DNA from: a virus
Lineage: Duplodnaviria > Caudoviricetes
Virus record (IMG/VR): IMGVR_UViG_3300046786_000293
Coordinates: 224,001 to 288,000 of that record
Reading direction: 5' to 3' (one strand)
DNA: 64,000 nucleotides
The position numbers were made by a program, and so were the translations under genes. This document shows, piece after piece, positions 1-10,845 of this stretch. How positions within the stretch are numbered: position 1 is the first letter of the stretch; every line of letters starts with the position of its first letter. Below the pieces are notes generated by a model that did not search any database, was not told the origin of the DNA, and saw only the letters and a program-made list of their open reading frames with translations.

Positions 1-2
1 TA

Positions 3-3000
3 GTATTAGGCCCATTCGCAAACAGACTAGAATTCTTTAATTCACGTAGTATTGTTGACGGCATCAGTAATACCTTTAACGGCACAAAAGTCACTACTCA
101 GAATTTTGTGACATTAGATAACGATGCTTACAGTGTAGTTCGTGATGACAATTCATTTAGTTTAACAATTGATGCAAATAATGGCGATATGATCGGTTTA
201 GCGGATCTTAATCTAGTTCAATACGAGCACGTTATTATTTTCAATAATACAACTCAGTTTAACGATATAATATACGATCCAAGTACAGGTCAGCGTCAGT
301 ACAGATTAAAAATAGTTGGACAACGTACAGGTGGTTGGACTGGTGCACTAAGCGCCCAAGGCTTTATGTACAACTCACCTGGTGTACAGTTATGGGTATC
401 CAGCACAGATTACTTAAAGGGCGACTTAGTAGAATATAAAAACTTCTACTATGCGGCCAGCAGAGATTTGCCAGGTACACCTGAATTTAATTTTCCTGAT
501 TGGTTACCTGTTGATAAAAATAAGATTAAAACAGGATTACTTAATAACTTTGCCACAAATGCAGGATTAGGTGTAAGTTTTTACGAAGTTGATAATATTA
601 ACTTAGAAAATAAATTTGACACATTTAGCTTGGGCTTAATAGGTTATAGAAACAGAGATTATTTAAATGATTTAGGATTAGATGACACCACTCAAGTTAA
701 GTTTTATCAGGGCTTTATTAAAGAAAAAGGTACCTTAAATGCTATCAATGCCATGGGCAAGATTACATTTAATAATCAGGCAAGTAATGTATCTATTAAA
801 GAACAGTGGGGATTTAGAGTAGGTACTTACGGTAGTTTAGAAACAAATCAATTTGTAGAATTAGTAGTAAACGAAGATTATGCACTAAACAATCCTGTAA
901 GTATACAGACTTACGGCAATCTTGCAGTAACATACGGTTCACTGTACAACTACAGTAATGGAGTTTATAAGACAGCAAACCCAAATTGGCAACCACCATT
1001 CTTATTAAACAGGACCAGCGATAGTTATCGTGCAGATGACATACAAACTGCGGGATTTGTAAACATTGAAGATGTTGACTATACTATTTTTGATTTATCC
1101 GACACCGCAACACTTAGCACTCAGGTTGCTAACCTTGGTGTTGGTAAAATTCTTTGGGCCGCAATAGATTTTTCTAGGGATTGGAATGTTTATAGAATAG
1201 ACAGAACTCCGGCCGCAGTAACAAAACTTAATAATGCATTGAATAATAAGGTATTAGTTACCACTAATGTGTTCCACAACTTATCAGAAAATGATATAGT
1301 AGTAATGAATACGAACGATGTCTTTAGCGGCATTTACAGAGTCGAGCAAATAACATCTTTAGATTCTTTTATTATTAAATTTACAGATTTGCCTAAGACA
1401 TTTAATCAACGCGACTATTTGTCATCTACGTTAAACAAGTTAACTAGTTTACGTTTAGACTATGCGTCTGAAATTATTGACAATAATCCTATCGGCGGAT
1501 GGACAGCAAATAGTAGAGTTTGGGTAAATTCCAATGACAGTAGCGGTTGGGCAGTATACAACAAATCTGAGCCATGGGCTCCTTTTAATAGTTTAGGTAA
1601 GAATATAATAACTCAAGATGGAAATTTTGGTTATAGTGTAGATTTAAATTATAATAGAAATTTTGCGGTAGTTGGAGAACCTGGATCAGGTACAACAGGT
1701 TCTATTACTAATTATAAAGTAGGATCAAACGGCCAATTAAATGAAGATGTTACGGTATCTTCTGTTGTTCCTGACACAGAACGCATGGGTTCTTCTGTAG
1801 TTAGCGGTAAAGAGTTTCTGGCAGTTGGAGCACCGAATAGTGATTCTGACGTTGGTTATGTATTTGTTTACAGCAGAGATTTCCAAGGTTCTATTACTCA
1901 AGTTCAAGTATTGGCACCTCCTACAATAACTGGAACCGAGTTATTTGGTACTAGTTTGGCTATGAGTGCAGATGATCAATGGTTGTATGTAGGGGCACCG
2001 GATAGTGCAAGTGTATATGCTTATGCATATGACGACTTCGTAGAAGAAGGTGTACAGACATTTACTGCAAACGGTAGCGGAGTTGACTTTACTATAAGTG
2101 CATACACTCCGGACTCTGCAGAGTTTATACTAGCAACAGATGCTTTAGGTCAGCAACTAATCGGATCGGTACATTTCACAGTATCTGGGTCTACAATTAC
2201 ATTTGTGAATCCTCCCCCTGCCGGAACTTTAGTTATTAGACAAACAAAAGGTTACCGATTCATTGACGTACTACAAACATCAGGAAGCCCAGCTGATCAG
2301 TTTGGTTATAGTATATCTTGTGCTACAGATGGTGCACAAGTTATAATCGGCGCACCAAATGCCAGTGTCAATGACGGCCTATACACATATATTGGCGCTG
2401 GCTATATTGAAATTTATAATAGAAGTATCAATAACTTTATCACTCAAGTTGGTCAAAATTCGTTTACACTAGATCAACCGATTGGACAAATTAATAAAGT
2501 TCATGTAGATAATGTATTACAAACTTATGGAGTAGAATATTCTATATCAGCTGGTGGGTATCAAATTGATTTTCAAAGCGGATACTATCCGGAAGCAGGT
2601 ACCATTGTTCGAGTAGAAACAAATGTGTTTTCACTAGTAGAACAAAACGTTGCAAATACACCAAGCACTAATGCTAGATTTGGGCAAAGTGTAGATATAT
2701 GCCCAAACAACTGTAGCATTTATGTTGGCGCACCTAGCGAATCTAGTATAAACTATTATAGTGGTGCAGTTTATAGATTCTTAAATCAGGGTAGAATTTT
2801 CGGTACAATTTTGGGATCTGTTCAAAATCCTACAGTAACAATTGGTGACAGTATTTTAATTAACGAGTTTGAAGTTACATTTCCGACAAATACATCGTTA
2901 AGTTATGTTATTAGTAGAATTAATGCTGCAAATATTCCAGGAGTTACTGCTACTAGTGTCAATGGTTATTTGCAAATTGATAGCACTAGTCAAATTAACA

Positions 3001-6000
3001 CAAATAAATTATCGATACTTCCTGGAGTCGGCAACTCTATATCCGACTTGGGATTGGATGTTTATGTAGAAACTCAAAAAATAGAAAACCCAACTAACCA
3101 TGCATATGATTACTTTGGTGAAACAGTCAAGATCAATAATAACAGCAATATACTAGTTGTAGGAAGTAGTCAGGCTATCACTACACAGGCAACAACATTT
3201 GATGTTATTACAGGATATCCTACTACATTTGACGGCGGATCTACAACCTTCCACGACGAAACTCCGAGCGGTGCAGTATGGATAATGAACTACTTGCCTG
3301 ATAGTAGAAATAGTATTACATACCCTGGTACATTTGCGTATGTACAACAGTTAACTATGAATTCGATGTCTAACGTTGACATGCTACCGTATACCAACTT
3401 TGGTCAGGCATTTGATATCGTTGATGACGAGTTACTAGTATCTGCACCGTTAGATGGTAGTCGTACTACTGGCGGCGGAGCAGTTTATCAGTTCAATAAT
3501 GAAAACAATTTATTAGGTTGGGACGTTTACAGAAGCCAAGAAGCTAAAGTAGATATAAGTTCTATTTTAAAAGGATATTTGTATAGCGTAAGTAATCAAA
3601 CAATTATTGATAGCTTAGATTACATCGATCCTGCAAAAGGAAAAATACTAGGCCTTGCAGAGCAAGAAATTTCTTATAGAACAGACTATGATCCTGCAAC
3701 TTATAATAATGTGACAACTGATACGGTGGCAAGTAGTAATACTTTCCATTGGAACAATAGTCAGGTAGGGCAAGTATGGTGGGACTTGTCTACTATGAAG
3801 TATATAGACTACGAACAAGGATCAATTAAGTATAGGACTAATAACTGGGGGAGAGTATTCCCGGGTAGTAGTATCGATGTTTATGAATGGGTTGAAAGTC
3901 TATACCCTCCTAGTCAATATACTGCTAATGGTGGCAGTGGTACACCTAAATACGAAGATAATAGCGCTTATGCTACTAAAGTTTATGTTGATCCTGCAAC
4001 AAATGTTAGCACAATCCTTTACTATTTCTGGGTAAAGAACAAAGATACGGTTACTACAAATCAATTTGGAAGACAAATTCCAACTACAACCATTGCTGAG
4101 TACATCAGGGATCCTAAAAATAGCGGAATAAAATTCTTTGCTACCGTAAGAGATGATAGTATTAGCTTGTATAATGTTGTTGGTATTTTAACTGGTAATG
4201 ATGTTGTTTATCATTTAGATTATGCAACTAAACTTAATAGTAATATTATTCACAGTGAGTACGCACTAATAAGCGAAGGTGATACGACAGCTGACGTTAT
4301 TCCTCAAAATATCTACAATAAATTATTGGATAGTTTAAGCGGAACAGATACATTTGGAAATCCAGTCCCCGACGTAAGATTACCAGTACAAAGTAGATAT
4401 GGTATAGATATTCGTCCGCGCCAGTCTATGTTTATCGATAACAAGACAGCTATTCAACAAATGGTAGATTTTGTCAATAGCGTATTTGCAAAAAATATTA
4501 TCACACAAGGTTACGATTTATCAGGTCTTACAAATAGCGAAGAATATCCGCCAGGAGCACCCACAACTATAGCATGGGCACCTAATACATTCTTTGTTAA
4601 AGATCAAATTATTTCTTATGATTATACTGCGTACATCGCCTTAAACAACTTTACCAGTGGATCGACATTTACACAAGGCTTAGATCTATTAGAATATTTC
4701 TACTACGATTTGATGGTAGCAAATATAGAAGAATTGGGTTATATTAATGTTTCTACTATATCTCCTGGGTATAAAGTATTAGTGCAAGAGGATACCACAG
4801 TTGACGGGCTTTGGACTATATACACTCTTCAGTCTAATTCAACTTGGTTATTGAGCAAAGTAGAGAATTACAAGACGTCTGACTATTGGAGTTTTGTTGA
4901 TTGGTATGCTGACGGATTTGATAACACAGTTCGTCCTAATTACACCATTGCTACGATTGCCGATATTGTCAATTTACCGTTACAAAATTCTGACATTGTT
5001 AAAGTTTTAAACAATGGGCAAGGCCAATGGACACTATTACAAGTATTTCCCAATATTGTAACTACTATAGGAATACAAAATGGTACTATTGAATTAAGCA
5101 CATCTTTATATTCTGGTTACGGTTTTGATATTGAAAATTTTGATAATGATAGATTTGATCAAAGCCCAAGTATTGAAATAAGAAAAATACTTGATGCATT
5201 GAGAAATGATATTTTCATTAATCAACTAAGTCCAGAGTTTATTTCCTTATTCTTTGTATTTGTTTATTATGTACTAGACGAACAAAAATATGTCGATTGG
5301 GCATTTAAAACTAGTTTCATTGATATTATACAAAAAGTCGCAGGATTAGATCAGCCTCAATTATACAACAGAGATAATCAAACTTACTACAGACAATATA
5401 TCGAGGAAGTAAAACCGTATCATACTACTATTAAAGAGTATATCATTGACTATGAGGGCAATGACAACTTTAATGGTTATGTAACAGACTTTGACTTGCC
5501 CGCATATTTTGATCCAGTACTACAAATATATCGCAGTCCTAGCGGCGAATTTGCCGAAGATATCCGCGCATTACAACAACCACAATATAGAGATTGGTTA
5601 TTAAATTATACGTATGTAATCGATTCTATAGAGATAGTTAATGGAGGATCTGGTTACGCAACTGCACCTACAGTGACAATTACAGGTAGTACAATAGGCA
5701 ATGACGCGGTTGCAAGGGCATATGTTGCCAATGGTGTAGTAACTCGAATTGATGTATTGTATTCGGGTACAAATTATGTAACTCAGCCAGTGATTACATT
5801 TGAAGGCGGATCAACTACTCCTGCAATTGCATATGCTAGACTTACAAACGGAAAGATTAGAAGCATTAAGACTACATTAGTCTACGATAGAATTACTTAC
5901 GGAACTGAAGTTGCGGAGTGGACGTCAAATACTACATATGATCAAGGTTCGTTGTTAGCATATAATGGAACAGCATATGTTGTCAACACAACATTTACTA

Positions 6001-7373
6001 GTGGAAATAGTTTTGTTGGTAGTAATCTAACAGTATATCCAGCATACAAGTTAGGTTCTGCCAACGACAGAATTCAATCCTATTATGAACCAGAAACTGG
6101 ACTACCGGGAAAGAGTTTTGATTTATTACAATCCGGAATCACTTATCCTGGCGTGACAGTCGAAGGATTGGAATTTACCGAATCTAGAACATTAGATGCA
6201 AATATTGAAAGTTACTATGCTGATACGGAACTAGGCACCAGACCTGAAGATATTATAATTGATGGTGGCGGCTATGTTGATCCGTATAGTAGTCATGCGC
6301 CCGAAGAATTAATTCCTGGAAGAACATTCGATACGTTAAACATGACGGTAACTACATTTGCTACAGATTGCACATCTAGCAGTTATGTTGATTGGGTAGC
6401 AAACAACGCATTTTACGTGTCTGACATTCTTATATTAGACGGGGGTCTGGGTTATTCTGATGACGATGTTGCTATTACAATTTCAGGCGGCGGAGCTGTA
6501 ACAGATGCAACAATTAGTAATATAGTGCTTGACGCGAATGGAACTATTATTAGCGCCAATGTTACAGCAGAAGGTATTGGATATACGTCATTTCCTAATG
6601 TAACTATTACCGGCGGCAATATCAGCACAGCTACTGCATCTGTCAGATTATCACCAACAAATGCGCCAAGTTCATCTGAGCCATATCCTACGTTCTCGTA
6701 TAGGATTGTTAAGACATTGAATACTTTATATATTGATCCGTTAGATGCATCGGGTGATAGCAATGTAACTTACAGTTTCTATAGAATAGATCCAGCAGCT
6801 ACAACTACTTTAAGCTCTGATCTTGGTTTAACTGATACAGAAATTGCTGTAATAGATGCTAGTGTGTTGTTTGACCCGCAGCCAGAAAATAATATTCCTG
6901 GAGTAATCTATATAAACGGCGAAAGAATAACATATTATCAAAGATTCCTTGCTAACAGTACGTTGGGACAGATTCGCAGAGGAACGGGCGGAACGGGCGC
7001 TATCGAGCACGTGGCAGGAAGTGGAGTAGTAGATGCTAGTCCTCTACAGGTAGTTCCATTATCTGCGCCAGTAGGGTATTCGTTCTTAGTTAATACAATT
7101 GCACAGACTACTTCAGCAAATACAACTCCAAACGCCATTGGAACTTATACATTCTTGACGGGCAACATATATGTTCGTAGCAATTTATGGCTAAGTCCAG
7201 GATTAGGAAGCCAGGAAATTGTGGCAGAATATGTAGGAAACGTTTCAATTGATCCAATTACAACAGAGTCGGGCGATGTGTTAATTACTGACGGAGAAGA
7301 TTATCCAACTCCTGCAGATGGCATGGGCTTATATAATAGCACAACTATACAAGCTATTTTTGTAAAGAGTTAA
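3..7373 (+). CDS. Giant virion structural protein, probable baseplate wedge (5' partial)
   Basis: Frame is open from position 3 to 7373, so the GTG at 108 is not the true start. Seven FG-x(n)-GAP-like repeats (e.g. FGTSLAMSADDQWLYVGAP, FGQSVDICPNNCSIYVGAP), three W-x5-Y-x2-G-x2-V-x-Y CBM5/12-like modules, GGSGY...APTVTI repeats; precedes tail fibre genes. Confidence 0.75.
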   Translation, partial: VLGPFANRLEFFNSRSIVDGISNTFNGTKVTTQNFVTLDNDAYSVVRDDNSFSLTIDANNGDMIGLADLNLVQYEHVIIFNNTTQFNDIIYDPSTGQRQYRLKIVGQRTGGWTGALSAQGFMYNSPGVQLWVSSTDYLKGDLVEYKNFYYAASRDLPGTPEFNFPDWLPVDKNKIKTGLLNNFATNAGLGVSFYEVDNINLENKFDTFSLGLIGYRNRDYLNDLGLDDTTQVKFYQGFIKEKGTLNAINAMGKITFNNQASNVSIKEQWGFRVGTYGSLETNQFVELVVNEDYALNNPVSIQTYGNLAVTYGSLYNYSNGVYKTANPNWQPPFLLNRTSDSYRADDIQTAGFVNIEDVDYTIFDLSDTATLSTQVANLGVGKILWAAIDFSRDWNVYRIDRTPAAVTKLNNALNNKVLVTTNVFHNLSENDIVVMNTNDVFSGIYRVEQITSLDSFIIKFTDLPKTFNQRDYLSSTLNKLTSLRLDYASEIIDNNPIGGWTANSRVWVNSNDSSGWAVYNKSEPWAPFNSLGKNIITQDGNFGYSVDLNYNRNFAVVGEPGSGTTGSITNYKVGSNGQLNEDVTVSSVVPDTERMGSSVVSGKEFLAVGAPNSDSDVGYVFVYSRDFQGSITQVQVLAPPTITGTELFGTSLAMSADDQWLYVGAPDSASVYAYAYDDFVEEGVQTFTANGSGVDFTISAYTPDSAEFILATDALGQQLIGSVHFTVSGSTITFVNPPPAGTLVIRQTKGYRFIDVLQTSGSPADQFGYSISCATDGAQVIIGAPNASVNDGLYTYIGAGYIEIYNRSINNFITQVGQNSFTLDQPIGQINKVHVDNVLQTYGVEYSISAGGYQIDFQSGYYPEAGTIVRVETNVFSLVEQNVANTPSTNARFGQSVDICPNNCSIYVGAPSESSINYYSGAVYRFLNQGRIFGTILGSVQNPTVTIGDSILINEFEVTFPTNTSLSYVISRINAANIPGVTATSVNGYLQIDSTSQINTNKLSILPGVGNSISDLGLDVYVETQKIENPTNHAYDYFGETVKINNNSNILVVGSSQAITTQATTFDVITGYPTTFDGGSTTFHDETPSGAVWIMNYLPDSRNSITYPGTFAYVQQLTMNSMSNVDMLPYTNFGQAFDIVDDELLVSAPLDGSRTTGGGAVYQFNNENNLLGWDVYRSQEAKVDISSILKGYLYSVSNQTIIDSLDYIDPAKGKILGLAEQEISYRTDYDPATYNNVTTDTVASSNTFHWNNSQVGQVWWDLSTMKYIDYEQGSIKYRTNNWGRVFPGSSIDVYEWVESLYPPSQYTANGGSGTPKYEDNSAYATKVYVDPATNVSTILYYFWVKNKDTVTTNQFGRQIPTTTIAEYIRDPKNSGIKFFATVRDDSISLYNVVGILTGNDVVYHLDYATKLNSNIIHSEYALISEGDTTADVIPQNIYNKLLDSLSGTDTFGNPVPDVRLPVQSRYGIDIRPRQSMFIDNKTAIQQMVDFVNSVFAKNIITQGYDLSGLTNSEEYPPGAPTTIAWAPNTFFVKDQIISYDYTAYIALNNFTSGSTFTQGLDLLEYFYYDLMVANIEELGYINVSTISPGYKVLVQEDTTVDGLWTIYTLQSNSTWLLSKVENYKTSDYWSFVDWYADGFDNTVRPNYTIATIADIVNLPLQNSDIVKVLNNGQGQWTLLQVFPNIVTTIGIQNGTIELSTSLYSGYGFDIENFDNDRFDQSPSIEIRKILDALRNDIFINQLSPEFISLFFVFVYYVLDEQKYVDWAFKTSFIDIIQKVAGLDQPQLYNRDNQTYYRQYIEEVKPYHTTIKEYIIDYEGNDNFNGYVTDFDLPAYFDPVLQIYRSPSGEFAEDIRALQQPQYRDWLLNYTYVIDSIEIVNGGSGYATAPTVTITGSTIGNDAVARAYVANGVVTRIDVLYSGTNYVTQPVITFEGGSTTPAIAYARLTNGKIRSIKTTLVYDRITYGTEVAEWTSNTTYDQGSLLAYNGTAYVVNTTFTSGNSFVGSNLTVYPAYKLGSANDRIQSYYEPETGLPGKSFDLLQSGITYPGVTVEGLEFTESRTLDANIESYYADTELGTRPEDIIIDGGGYVDPYSSHAPEELIPGRTFDTLNMTVTTFATDCTSSSYVDWVANNAFYVSDILILDGGLGYSDDDVAITISGGGAVTDATISNIVLDANGTIISANVTAEGIGYTSFPNVTITGGNISTATASVRLSPTNAPSSSEPYPTFSYRIVKTLNTLYIDPLDASGDSNVTYSFYRIDPAATTTLSSDLGLTDTEIAVIDASVLFDPQPENNIPGVIYINGERITYYQRFLANSTLGQIRRGTGGTGAIEHVAGSGVVDASPLQVVPLSAPVGYSFLVNTIAQTTSANTTPNAIGTYTFLTGNIYVRSNLWLSPGLGSQEIVAEYVGNVSIDPITTESGDVLITDGEDYPTPADGMGLYNSTTIQAIFVKS

Positions 7374-7413
7374 AAGAAAACGAACAATAAATATAGAATA
7401 GATAGGGCAAAAA

Positions 7414-8550
7414 ATGTCAATTAAAATAAGTGAGTTAGATATAATAAGCGAGGTAGACTTAATAGATTATAGTTCTAGCGTCGTTTTCCCGCTGGTTGCT
7501 AACGTAACAGGCAATTTAGTTACCTACCAAACTAGCATATCTAATGTTAAGTCATATGTTACATCTGCAGATACTGTGTTCGCAGCTAACGTAACTGCCG
7601 CTAATTTAATTGCTAATACTGGCATTTACGGAACTATTCGAACACCAAACCAGAGTCAAATTACGAGTCTTGGAACGTTGACTGCGTTAACGCTTAGTGG
7701 TTCTCTAGTTGGAACTTCTGTTTCTGCCGCAATAATTGGAAACACAGGTGCCAATCTTGTTGGCACATTGGGTACAAATGCTCAACCTAATATTACCAGT
7801 ATAGGTACATTAACAAGTTTAACATTAAGTGGTACATTAACTGGAACTACAATTAATGCAGCTACTTTTGGAAACAGTGGGGCTACATACACTGGCAGTA
7901 ACTATACATCTACAGGAACTATTACTGGAAATGTAATTAATGCTGCGGTAATTGGCAATAGTAGTGCAACATTAACTGGCAACCTTAGTACTGGCACCCA
8001 GCCTAATATTACTAGTGTGGGAACATTAACCAGTTTAACAGTATCGGGCACTCTGACAACTACAAATATATTGCCAAGTGCAAACAATACAAGTAATATT
8101 GGAGACAGTACACATTGGTACAATACTATTTTTGCAACTAGTCAACAAGCATTGTATGCTGACTTGGCGGAAAAATACATATCAGATGCAGCTTACGAAC
8201 CAGGTACTGTTGTAGTATTTGGCGGATCTGCAGAAATTACAGTAACTGATAAAGTTGCAGACACAAGAGTAGCAGGTATAATTTCCACGGATCCTGCTTA
8301 TGTAATGAATGCAGGAATCGACGGACTGCTGGTTGCAATGCGCGGGCGTGTGCCATGCAAAGTAATTGGGCCAGTAGCCAAAGGCGATTTATTAGTAACT
8401 TCTCACAGAGAAGGTTACGCTATAAGCATTAATCAAAACCCAGATTGGGTAACAACACAGAATATTAATACAGGAATCAGTGTGTTTGCTAAAAGTTTAG
8501 AAAACAACGAAACAACAGGACCTATTATAATTGAGGCAGTCGTAGTTTAA
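7414..8550 (+). CDS. Tail fibre/spike protein with C-terminal intramolecular chaperone (peptidase G2/IMC-like) domain
   Basis: Three QPNITS(I/V)GTLTSLT(L/V)SG-type repeats; C-terminal YADLAEKY...GRVPCKV...KGDLLV motif typical of autocleaved fibre chaperones. Confidence 0.7.
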   Translation: MSIKISELDIISEVDLIDYSSSVVFPLVANVTGNLVTYQTSISNVKSYVTSADTVFAANVTAANLIANTGIYGTIRTPNQSQITSLGTLTALTLSGSLVGTSVSAAIIGNTGANLVGTLGTNAQPNITSIGTLTSLTLSGTLTGTTINAATFGNSGATYTGSNYTSTGTITGNVINAAVIGNSSATLTGNLSTGTQPNITSVGTLTSLTVSGTLTTTNILPSANNTSNIGDSTHWYNTIFATSQQALYADLAEKYISDAAYEPGTVVVFGGSAEITVTDKVADTRVAGIISTDPAYVMNAGIDGLLVAMRGRVPCKVIGPVAKGDLLVTSHREGYAISINQNPDWVTTQNINTGISVFAKSLENNETTGPIIIEAVVV

Positions 8551-8581
8551 AATGGACACAAAAAACGTGATAAATAACCAT

Positions 8582-8713
8582 ATGGATACTGAAAATAAAG
8601 ATTTGACGGAAAATAAAACTCCGCCAAACGAATCCACTGGGATTTATGTAAGAGGGTTTGTAAAAATTATCGACCCCGAGTCAGGTCAAGTCTACGTAGA
8701 AACTGCAAATTAA
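8582..8713 (+). CDS. 43-aa protein resembling the N-terminus of the next gene
   Basis: Manual translation MDTENKDLTENKTPPNESTGIYVRGFVKIIDPESGQVYVETAN; similar to VQGHIKIYDPVTGEVFRDKPN of 8726..9319; ATAAATA just upstream. Confidence 0.65.
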   Translation: MDTENKDLTENKTPPNESTGIYVRGFVKIIDPESGQVYVETAN

Positions 8714-8725
8714 TGGATATAACAC

Positions 8726-9319
8726 ATGTTTGATAAGAATAATTTAATGGTTCAAGGGCACATCAAAATTTATGACCCTGTTACAGGGGAAGTTTTTAGA
8801 GACAAACCTAATGCTATTCATTACGAAAATATGAGTGAAGCACTGGCTCAAAGTCTTGCCAACAAGGGTACAGGTTATATTCAATATATGGCATTCGGGA
8901 ACGGTGGAACCAGCGTTGATACCACTGGAGTTATTACCTACTTGCCACCTAATACATTCGGTCAAAATGCTAGTTTGTACAACCAAACTTATCAAAAAAT
9001 CGTAGATAACACTAGTGCTTTAAACGTAGACCCGAGTAGAAATTATATTCAAGTCAGACATACTCCCGGCACAATTTATACAGACGTATTTGTAAGTTGC
9101 TTATTAGATTATGCGGAACCCGCAGGACAGCAGGCTTTTGACAATAGTGCAACTATGCAAGGAACTTATGTTTTTGATGAATTGGGATTAATAAGCGAAA
9201 GCGGGAAATTACTAACTCATGTGATTTTTCACCCAGTTCAAAAAGCTCTTAACAGATTAATTCAAATTGATTATACTATAAGAATTCAAACTTTAACCAA
9301 TTTAAGTACCAACCTGTAA
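8726..9319 (+). CDS. Tail/baseplate structural protein
   Basis: 197-aa ORF with MAFGNGGT and FDELGL motifs seen in tail-collar/baseplate proteins; structural gene context. Confidence 0.55.
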   Translation: MFDKNNLMVQGHIKIYDPVTGEVFRDKPNAIHYENMSEALAQSLANKGTGYIQYMAFGNGGTSVDTTGVITYLPPNTFGQNASLYNQTYQKIVDNTSALNVDPSRNYIQVRHTPGTIYTDVFVSCLLDYAEPAGQQAFDNSATMQGTYVFDELGLISESGKLLTHVIFHPVQKALNRLIQIDYTIRIQTLTNLSTNL

Positions 9320-9333
9320 GGGATAGTAACAGA

Positions 9334-9341
9334 TATAAATA
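9334..9341 (+). promoter_or_regulatory. T4-type late promoter TATAAATA
   Basis: Exact match 20 nt upstream of 9362; variants (A/G)ATAAATA precede 7414, 8582, 30910, 48217, 60504 and the queD leader. Confidence 0.7.
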
Positions 9342-9361
9342 TACTAAACGGATATTAGAAC

Positions 9362-10831
9362 ATGGCCTATACAATTACACTGACAAACGGTAACGTTTTA
9401 ACCACAATTTCGGACGGTACCGTAAATACGACCTCGACAACACTTACCTTAGTTGGTAAGAATTATGCAGGTTACGGCCAGTTCTTAAACAACGACTTAG
9501 TACATCTACTAGAAAACTATTCGAATGGTACTGCCCCTGCTAATCCTCTACGCGGTCAATTGTGGTGGGATACAGCAGGCAATTTAAAAGTTTGGACCGG
9601 TACTGCATTTAAAACATTAGGATCTATTACTAGTTCTGCATCTACTCCAACGGGCGGGGTAACTGGCAATGGTTGGTGGGATACAACAAACGAGCAATTC
9701 AATGTTTATAACGGTAGCTCGTGGATTCTAGTAGGACCTGCTTTTAGTAGCAACGTAGGAACTAGCGGTGCGATTGTTGAAACAATTACCGACAGTAATG
9801 CATCTACACATTTTGCTACTTCTATCTATATTGCTAACGAGCGTGTAGCTTTATTCAGCAAAGATTCTGCTTATACCCCAAACGTTGCTATTTCGGGAAT
9901 CACTCAAGTAAAACCTGGACTGAATTTAGTAGGCAGTCCTGCTATTAGCGGGGCAAAATATTGGGGCACCGCACAGGATAGCGACTCTGTTGGCGGAATT
10001 AGTTCGACTGTTCTTGCAAGAACAGACGTTGCTGAAGTTTTTGATAACACAGTTACAGCCAACTTAGGTCTGTATGCCGGCACTGCTAGCAATGCTTCTA
10101 TAACAACTAGCGGAACAGTCGTAAGAATTGATAATAATATTAATAATGCTAATATTGCTATTAGAGCAAATGTTGGCGGCGCATTGACAAATGCTTTGTT
10201 TGTAGACGGTTCAACCGGTTTGGTGACTGTGTCAGGAAATGCAACAGCAGCATTGGGTATCGCAACAAAAGCGTATGTTGATGCACAAGTAGGATCGGGA
10301 CCATTGCAACGAGATGGTTCGAATACTATCACAGGTACTATTACCCCTAACGCAAATGCTACAGTTAGTTTTGGTAGTTCATCTAATAGATTTGCTAACG
10401 TATGGGCAGTTACATTTCAGGGTACAGCATTACAAGCTGACTACGCTGACTTAGCAGAACGTTTTGAAGCAGATTCTTATTATGTTCCGGGTACAGTATT
10501 AGCATTAGGTGGTTCTGCCGAAGTCACACTAGAAGATGACGAACTAAGTGAAAATGTTTTTGGTGTAGTAAGTACAAAACCTGGATATATGATGAATTCC
10601 AGTGCCGGTACAAACGACACGCACCCTGCGGTGGCTGTCAGTGGACGAGTACCAGTTAGAGTAGTGGGCAAGATTCGTAAAGGCGATCGTTTAGTTAGTG
10701 CAGGAAACGGATTGGCACGTGCAGGGAAACGATCAGAAATTACATCATTTAATGTCATTGGCCGTAGCTTAGAAGATAAATTTGATGATGTCGAAAGCTC
10801 AATACTTGCCATAGTTAAACTAAATAGTTGA
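9362..10831 (+). CDS. Tail fibre/baseplate protein with C-terminal IMC-like chaperone domain
   Basis: N-terminal LVGKNYAGYG...ENYS...P-NPLRGQLWWD repeats; C-terminal DYADLAERF...GRVPVRV...KGDRLV; TATAAATA upstream. Confidence 0.7.
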   Translation: MAYTITLTNGNVLTTISDGTVNTTSTTLTLVGKNYAGYGQFLNNDLVHLLENYSNGTAPANPLRGQLWWDTAGNLKVWTGTAFKTLGSITSSASTPTGGVTGNGWWDTTNEQFNVYNGSSWILVGPAFSSNVGTSGAIVETITDSNASTHFATSIYIANERVALFSKDSAYTPNVAISGITQVKPGLNLVGSPAISGAKYWGTAQDSDSVGGISSTVLARTDVAEVFDNTVTANLGLYAGTASNASITTSGTVVRIDNNINNANIAIRANVGGALTNALFVDGSTGLVTVSGNATAALGIATKAYVDAQVGSGPLQRDGSNTITGTITPNANATVSFGSSSNRFANVWAVTFQGTALQADYADLAERFEADSYYVPGTVLALGGSAEVTLEDDELSENVFGVVSTKPGYMMNSSAGTNDTHPAVAVSGRVPVRVVGKIRKGDRLVSAGNGLARAGKRSEITSFNVIGRSLEDKFDDVESSILAIVKLNS

Positions 10832-10845
10832 TCGGGACAAAAAAT

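Noticed and set aside
108-110. GTG start of the giant structural gene
   Set aside because: The frame is open back to position 3; the gene starts outside the window.
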